Below the pieces are notes generated by a model. The model did no database searches, had not been told where the DNA came from, and was given only the letters and a program-made list of their open reading frames with translations. The translations under genes and the position numbers were made by a program. Below, piece by piece: positions 60,431 through 64,000 of a stretch of 64,000 bases of DNA (the stretch's first letter is position 1; every line of letters starts with the position of its first letter). Origin of the DNA: Candidatus Zixiibacteriota bacterium (GTDB taxonomy: Bacteria; Zixibacteria; MSB-5A5; UBA10806; 4484-95). The stretch is taken from contig JAOZPT010000002.1 of NCBI GenBank assembly GCA_029932605.1, positions 35,739 to 99,738 of the forward strand, written 5' to 3'.

Positions 60431-60898
60431 ATGAACAATATAAATGTGGTGAGAGTTGGATTTTTTGCCCCGGAAATAAAGCTTCCGGACATTTCCGGCG
60501 ATATCAAAGACCCTATCGACAGATCGGGTGAAAAGTTGACCTGCCTTATATTTGTCAATACTGATGAAATTGGCGGTGGTTTAATCGGAGATCTGGAAAA
60601 TAACATGCCCCTAACCGCCGGCGGTTATGACTGGTCAATCTCGGTTATTGTTCCGGTCAAGGCCAAGCTCGCAAAAGAATTTAAAGAACGCTACGGGATT
60701 AAAACACAAATTTTATGTGACAGCGATTTGAGAGCCGGGAACCTATATAGCATAGTAGATTCATCTCTTTCAAAACCTTCATATCATCCAGTTGTTTTTA
60801 TAATCGGCGATGATGGTTCTGTCCGCTACCGCCAGGTTGTGGAAAAGTCAGGTTTTGATATGCAGAAATTCCAGTCCTCGGTGAGTAAAATAATTTAG
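60431..60898 (+). CDS. Redoxin/peroxiredoxin-like thioredoxin-fold protein lacking the canonical peroxidatic Cys
   Basis: Seen in sequence: FFAPEIKLPDISG...LIFVNTDE resembles the Prx FxxP...FVCPTE region but with N/T in place of Cys. AGGAGG SD. Confidence 0.4.
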   Translation: MNNINVVRVGFFAPEIKLPDISGDIKDPIDRSGEKLTCLIFVNTDEIGGGLIGDLENNMPLTAGGYDWSISVIVPVKAKLAKEFKERYGIKTQILCDSDLRAGNLYSIVDSSLSKPSYHPVVFIIGDDGSVRYRQVVEKSGFDMQKFQSSVSKII

Positions 60899-61005
60899 AA
60901 TTTTTCATACTAACCGATGATATCCGAACTTAACGAAATCTCTTAATCTTGGTTATGGTTATTTAAAATAATGAGAGATGATGGCATGATGTAAATATCC
61001 GGTGA

Positions 61006-62631
61006 TTGATGGACAATTATACCTTAAATTTCAACCAGCTTTTTAAAACCACAAAACTTTTCGATGATTACCTAAAGGGTAATCTGAACGATTTATTCAG
61101 GTACGATTTTACCGATTCTGGAAACCTGGAAAAGGTCGCTCATGAGATAAACGGCAAACATATCGACCAACACCTCCTTTATAAAGTTGTTTCCGATGGT
61201 AATAAAAAATTTGAGCCTTCAACCAAGACGCTCCATAATATTGAACTGCTCAAACAACCCGAAACATTATGTGTCTTCTCCAGCCAACAGACGGGAATTT
61301 TGGGGGGACCTATGTTAACAATTTACAAGGCTCTGACCGCCGTTAAATTGTCAGAAAAATGTCAGCAGATACTGAAACGTCCGGTGGTGCCATGTTTCTG
61401 GATGGCTACCGATGACCATGACTTTGAAGAGGTGCGATATGCCAACTTCCTACAGAGGGATGGTGAAATAACTACCGTTTCGTATAATCCTTTAAATGCC
61501 CCCTCCAATACTCCAATTGCCGAGATTGTCATGGATGAAAATGTCAATAAATTGCTTGAGTCTGTTGAAAACTCATTAATCGATACCGAGTTCAAACAGC
61601 AATTGGTAAATGTTCTCAACGAGTTTTATTCACCGGGGCGAAAATTATCCGAAGCCTTTGCTATGCTATTTTACTATTTCCTTGGTGATTGGGGAATTAT
61701 CCTTGTCGACCCAAATTTTTTGGGCATGAAAGAGTCTTTCAGAAACGTTTATAGTAAAGAAATACTTCATCACGATAAAACCCAGCAACTTTTCAAACAA
61801 AGAACTGAACTGCTTTTAAAAAACGGCTATCATGCCCAGGTGCATAAAACCGGTGAGAATCTCAATCTATTTTACCATAGTAAAGGAAGGCGAAATATTT
61901 CAATAAACGGAGATTTTTATCATCCAGAAGGGACATCCTTAAAATTCACAGAAAAAGAACTTTTGGAGATAGTAGAAAAATCGCCTTATAATTTTTCTGC
62001 CAATGTCCTATTAAGTCCTATTGTCCGGTGCACTGCTTTTCCAACATTAATCCAGACAGTAGGTCCCTCTGAACTGGCATATTTTGCCCAGATAGAACCG
62101 CTTTTTGATTTTTTTGATATACCCTTTCCGGTTATTTATCCTCGTCTGGGGATGACAATCGTTGAACCACATATTAAACGAATATTAAAAAAATATGAGC
62201 TAAAACTACCCCAGCTAAGAAAAGAACTTGAAGGCACTGTCGGAATGGTGATAGAAAAACTGTTTCCATCAAAGTCAGCAAAGGTGATGACTTCATTGCA
62301 AAACCATTTCAACGGCGACCTTGAGAAATACGCCAAGATGTTGCAAAAATCCGATCAAGAGGGTTACCAGCATCTCGCTAATTTTAAAAAACGCATCGAT
62401 TATGAACTGAAACATCTTCAGAAAAAACTGAAAGCCTCGAACAAAAAACGGCATGATGAACTGGCCTCTCAGATAAGAAAAACGTACAGATACACTTTCC
62501 CTAACAACAAGCTCCAGGAACGAGTATTATCACCCGTTTACTTTGCCAACAAATACGGGCCAGAGATTTTTCAAAAGATCTTTGAAGCTCTCAATATGGA
62601 TAAACCCGGTCATATTATTTTAGAGTTATGA
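61006..62631 (+). CDS. bshC: Bacillithiol biosynthesis cysteine-adding enzyme BshC
   Basis: Seen in sequence: SSQQTGILGGPMLTIYKALTAVKLSEK...PCFWMATDDHDFEEV aligns with the conserved BshC (YllA) core GGQQAGLLTGPLYTIHK...FWVAGEDHDLDE. 541 aa. Confidence 0.8.
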   Translation: MMDNYTLNFNQLFKTTKLFDDYLKGNLNDLFRYDFTDSGNLEKVAHEINGKHIDQHLLYKVVSDGNKKFEPSTKTLHNIELLKQPETLCVFSSQQTGILGGPMLTIYKALTAVKLSEKCQQILKRPVVPCFWMATDDHDFEEVRYANFLQRDGEITTVSYNPLNAPSNTPIAEIVMDENVNKLLESVENSLIDTEFKQQLVNVLNEFYSPGRKLSEAFAMLFYYFLGDWGIILVDPNFLGMKESFRNVYSKEILHHDKTQQLFKQRTELLLKNGYHAQVHKTGENLNLFYHSKGRRNISINGDFYHPEGTSLKFTEKELLEIVEKSPYNFSANVLLSPIVRCTAFPTLIQTVGPSELAYFAQIEPLFDFFDIPFPVIYPRLGMTIVEPHIKRILKKYELKLPQLRKELEGTVGMVIEKLFPSKSAKVMTSLQNHFNGDLEKYAKMLQKSDQEGYQHLANFKKRIDYELKHLQKKLKASNKKRHDELASQIRKTYRYTFPNNKLQERVLSPVYFANKYGPEIFQKIFEALNMDKPGHIILEL

Positions 62632-63749
62632 AGGTTGCTATTATATGTTATCCGGTAAAAGGGGGTTCAGGCGTGGTTGCTTCCGAACTTGGTGTAGGTT
62701 TATCAAGGCGAGGTTGTAAAGTTCATTTTTTCTCATATGAATTACCCTTCAGACTTACAAGTTTTGAAGCCAATTTCATTTTTCACAAGGTTGATATATG
62801 CCGTTATCCGCTTTTCAAGTATCCTCCATACACAGTAACCTTAGCAGCCAGGTTAGCTGATGAATCGATTCACCACGGCTTCGATATAATCCATGCCCAT
62901 TACGCCATCCCTCATACTGCTGCTGCTTATCTTGCTGTAAAAGCTATAAAGAACAACCCGCCCAAAATTATAACCACCCTTCACGGCACCGACATAACCC
63001 TCATCGGTCAGGACAAATCATTTTATTCTATCACCAAATTTTCGATTGAGATCTCCGACGGGGTCACCGTGGTATCAAAATACCTCATGGATAAAACGTA
63101 TGAGACATTCAGCTTTAAAAAGAAAATAAAAGTAATACCGAATTTCGTTGATACCGAACGTTTCAATCCTGACGGAGCTACCTGCGTCCGTAAAACCCTG
63201 GCCGAACCAGAACAGAAAATCATAATGCACATGTCAAATTATCGTCCTCTTAAAAATACCCACCACGTTGTCAAGATATTCGATAACATCCAGAAAAAAA
63301 TCCCCGCCAGATTGATTCTTATCGGTGAGGGGCCGGATACCGGTAATGTCAAAAGTCTTGTTCATGAATTGGGTCTATCAGGGAAAGTGATGTTTTTGGG
63401 TGACCAGAACAGAGTCCAGCATATTTTACCGTTAGCCGATCTTTTCTTACTGCCCTCGGCATCGGAAGCATTTGGATTGGTTGCTTTAGAGGCGTTAAGC
63501 TGTGGAGTACCTGTGGTCGGAAGTCTCGTTGGAGGGTTGCCTGAAATTATCATCAACGGTGTAAACGGTTATTTATACCCGGTTGGTGATATCAAGGGTA
63601 TGGCAGATAAATCGCTTGAGATTTTAACCAATGACGCCCTGTCAAAGAAACTATCTATTGCTGGACGCCAGCTTGTAATCGACAAGTATAAAATCGATGA
63701 CGTTATAGATAATTACTTGAATTACTATAAGGAAGTGCTGAATGGATAA
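62628..63749 (+). CDS. bshA: N-acetyl-alpha-D-glucosaminyl L-malate synthase BshA (GT4)
   Basis: Seen in sequence: MKVAIICYPVKGGSGVVASELGVGLSRRGCKVHFFSYELPFRL closely parallels the BshA N-terminus, and a GT4 C-terminal E-x7-E region is present. 373 aa. Confidence 0.85.
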   Translation: MKVAIICYPVKGGSGVVASELGVGLSRRGCKVHFFSYELPFRLTSFEANFIFHKVDICRYPLFKYPPYTVTLAARLADESIHHGFDIIHAHYAIPHTAAAYLAVKAIKNNPPKIITTLHGTDITLIGQDKSFYSITKFSIEISDGVTVVSKYLMDKTYETFSFKKKIKVIPNFVDTERFNPDGATCVRKTLAEPEQKIIMHMSNYRPLKNTHHVVKIFDNIQKKIPARLILIGEGPDTGNVKSLVHELGLSGKVMFLGDQNRVQHILPLADLFLLPSASEAFGLVALEALSCGVPVVGSLVGGLPEIIINGVNGYLYPVGDIKGMADKSLEILTNDALSKKLSIAGRQLVIDKYKIDDVIDNYLNYYKEVLNG

Positions 63750-64000
63750 ATTACCCGAACTTGACGTTTTGGCTATTGCGGCCCACTGTGACGATGCTGA
63801 AATCGTCAGTGGTGGAACTCTTATAAAAATGATTGACCTCGGCTATGATGTTGGAATATTAGATCTAACAGCAGGTGAATCAGGAAGCAGGGGTAATGCC
63901 TCAACAAGAAAAAAGGAGGCTTTATGCGCAGCGAAAACAATGGGGATCGATTTTCGCCAAAACCTGCACTTACCGGATGCTGGTTTATTCCTTACCCAGG
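63742..64000 (+). CDS. bshB: N-acetylglucosaminyl-malate deacetylase BshB (LmbE/PIG-L family), partial at the window end
   Basis: Seen in sequence: MDKLPELDVLAIAAHCDDAEIVSGGTLIKM is the LmbE/PIG-L zinc-binding AHxDDE motif. The start overlaps the bshA stop by 8 nt. Truncated by the window. Confidence 0.75.
   Translation, partial: MDKLPELDVLAIAAHCDDAEIVSGGTLIKMIDLGYDVGILDLTAGESGSRGNASTRKKEALCAAKTMGIDFRQNLHLPDAGLFLTQ

Noticed and set aside
1-64000. CRISPR array search near the Cas6-like gene and in all AT-rich gaps
   Set aside because: No regularly spaced direct repeats of 20-40 bp were seen in any intergenic region. The only repetitive tract is the CAA/CAG coding microsatellite in batC.

Overview
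This 64 kb window is a densely coding chromosomal segment from a Gram-negative bacterium, about 40% GC by eye. Many genes carry strong Shine-Dalgarno sequences (GAGGAGG, AAGGAGG), and several secreted proteins end in a type IX secretion (T9SS) C-terminal sorting domain, which points to an FCB-group-related lineage rather than classical Bacteroidetes. I found no rRNA or tRNA genes, no CRISPR array, and no transposase or integrase.

Order of content:
- 1-10.2 kb, minus strand: a cluster of two large T9SS-sorted proteases (an M6/InhA-like metalloprotease and a gingipain-like C25 cysteine peptidase). Between them sits an unusual PorV/PorQ-family outer-membrane beta-barrel carrying a roughly 500-aa beta-propeller insertion.
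- 10.4-22.8 kb, minus strand: housekeeping and LPS genes, namely an aldolase, DUF554, guaA, nadB, lpxK, waaA, DUF374, lpxB, a Gfo/Idh/MocA oxidoreductase and lpxA. A low-GC 172-aa orphan and a 640 bp gap interrupt this block.
- 22.8-28.6 kb, minus strand: a beta-helix protein and a GldA/GldF-GldG-like ABC system with DUF4340.
- 28.8-42.3 kb, plus strand: a Wzi-like outer-membrane protein, a GT-C glycosyltransferase, an orphan Cas6-like protein, grpE, a ParA-like ATPase, a SelW-like selenoprotein with an in-frame TGA that is absent from the ORF track, a membrane protein, rmuC, dnaK, a small orphan and uvrD.
- 42.3-47.9 kb, minus strand: a T9SS-sorted BNR propeller, a nitroreductase fusion, a SAM methyltransferase, a VOC protein, DJ-1/PfpI and an outer-membrane barrel.
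- 47.9-49.3 kb: a 1.35 kb AT-rich gap containing an untracked 41-aa basic Cys/His protein gene with its own promoter, SD and terminator.
- 49.3-57.4 kb, plus strand: a complete Bat aerotolerance operon (moxR, DUF58, hypothetical, batA-E).
- 57.4-64 kb, plus strand: a flippase-like membrane protein, nth, corA, a redoxin-like protein, and a contiguous bshC-bshA-bshB bacillithiol operon.

The observations I would look at first are the PorV-propeller fusion inside the T9SS protease cluster, the SelW-like selenoprotein, the orphan Cas6-like gene, the small Zn-ribbon-like protein in the long AT-rich gap, and the non-canonical ATA start of the lpx-cluster oxidoreductase.
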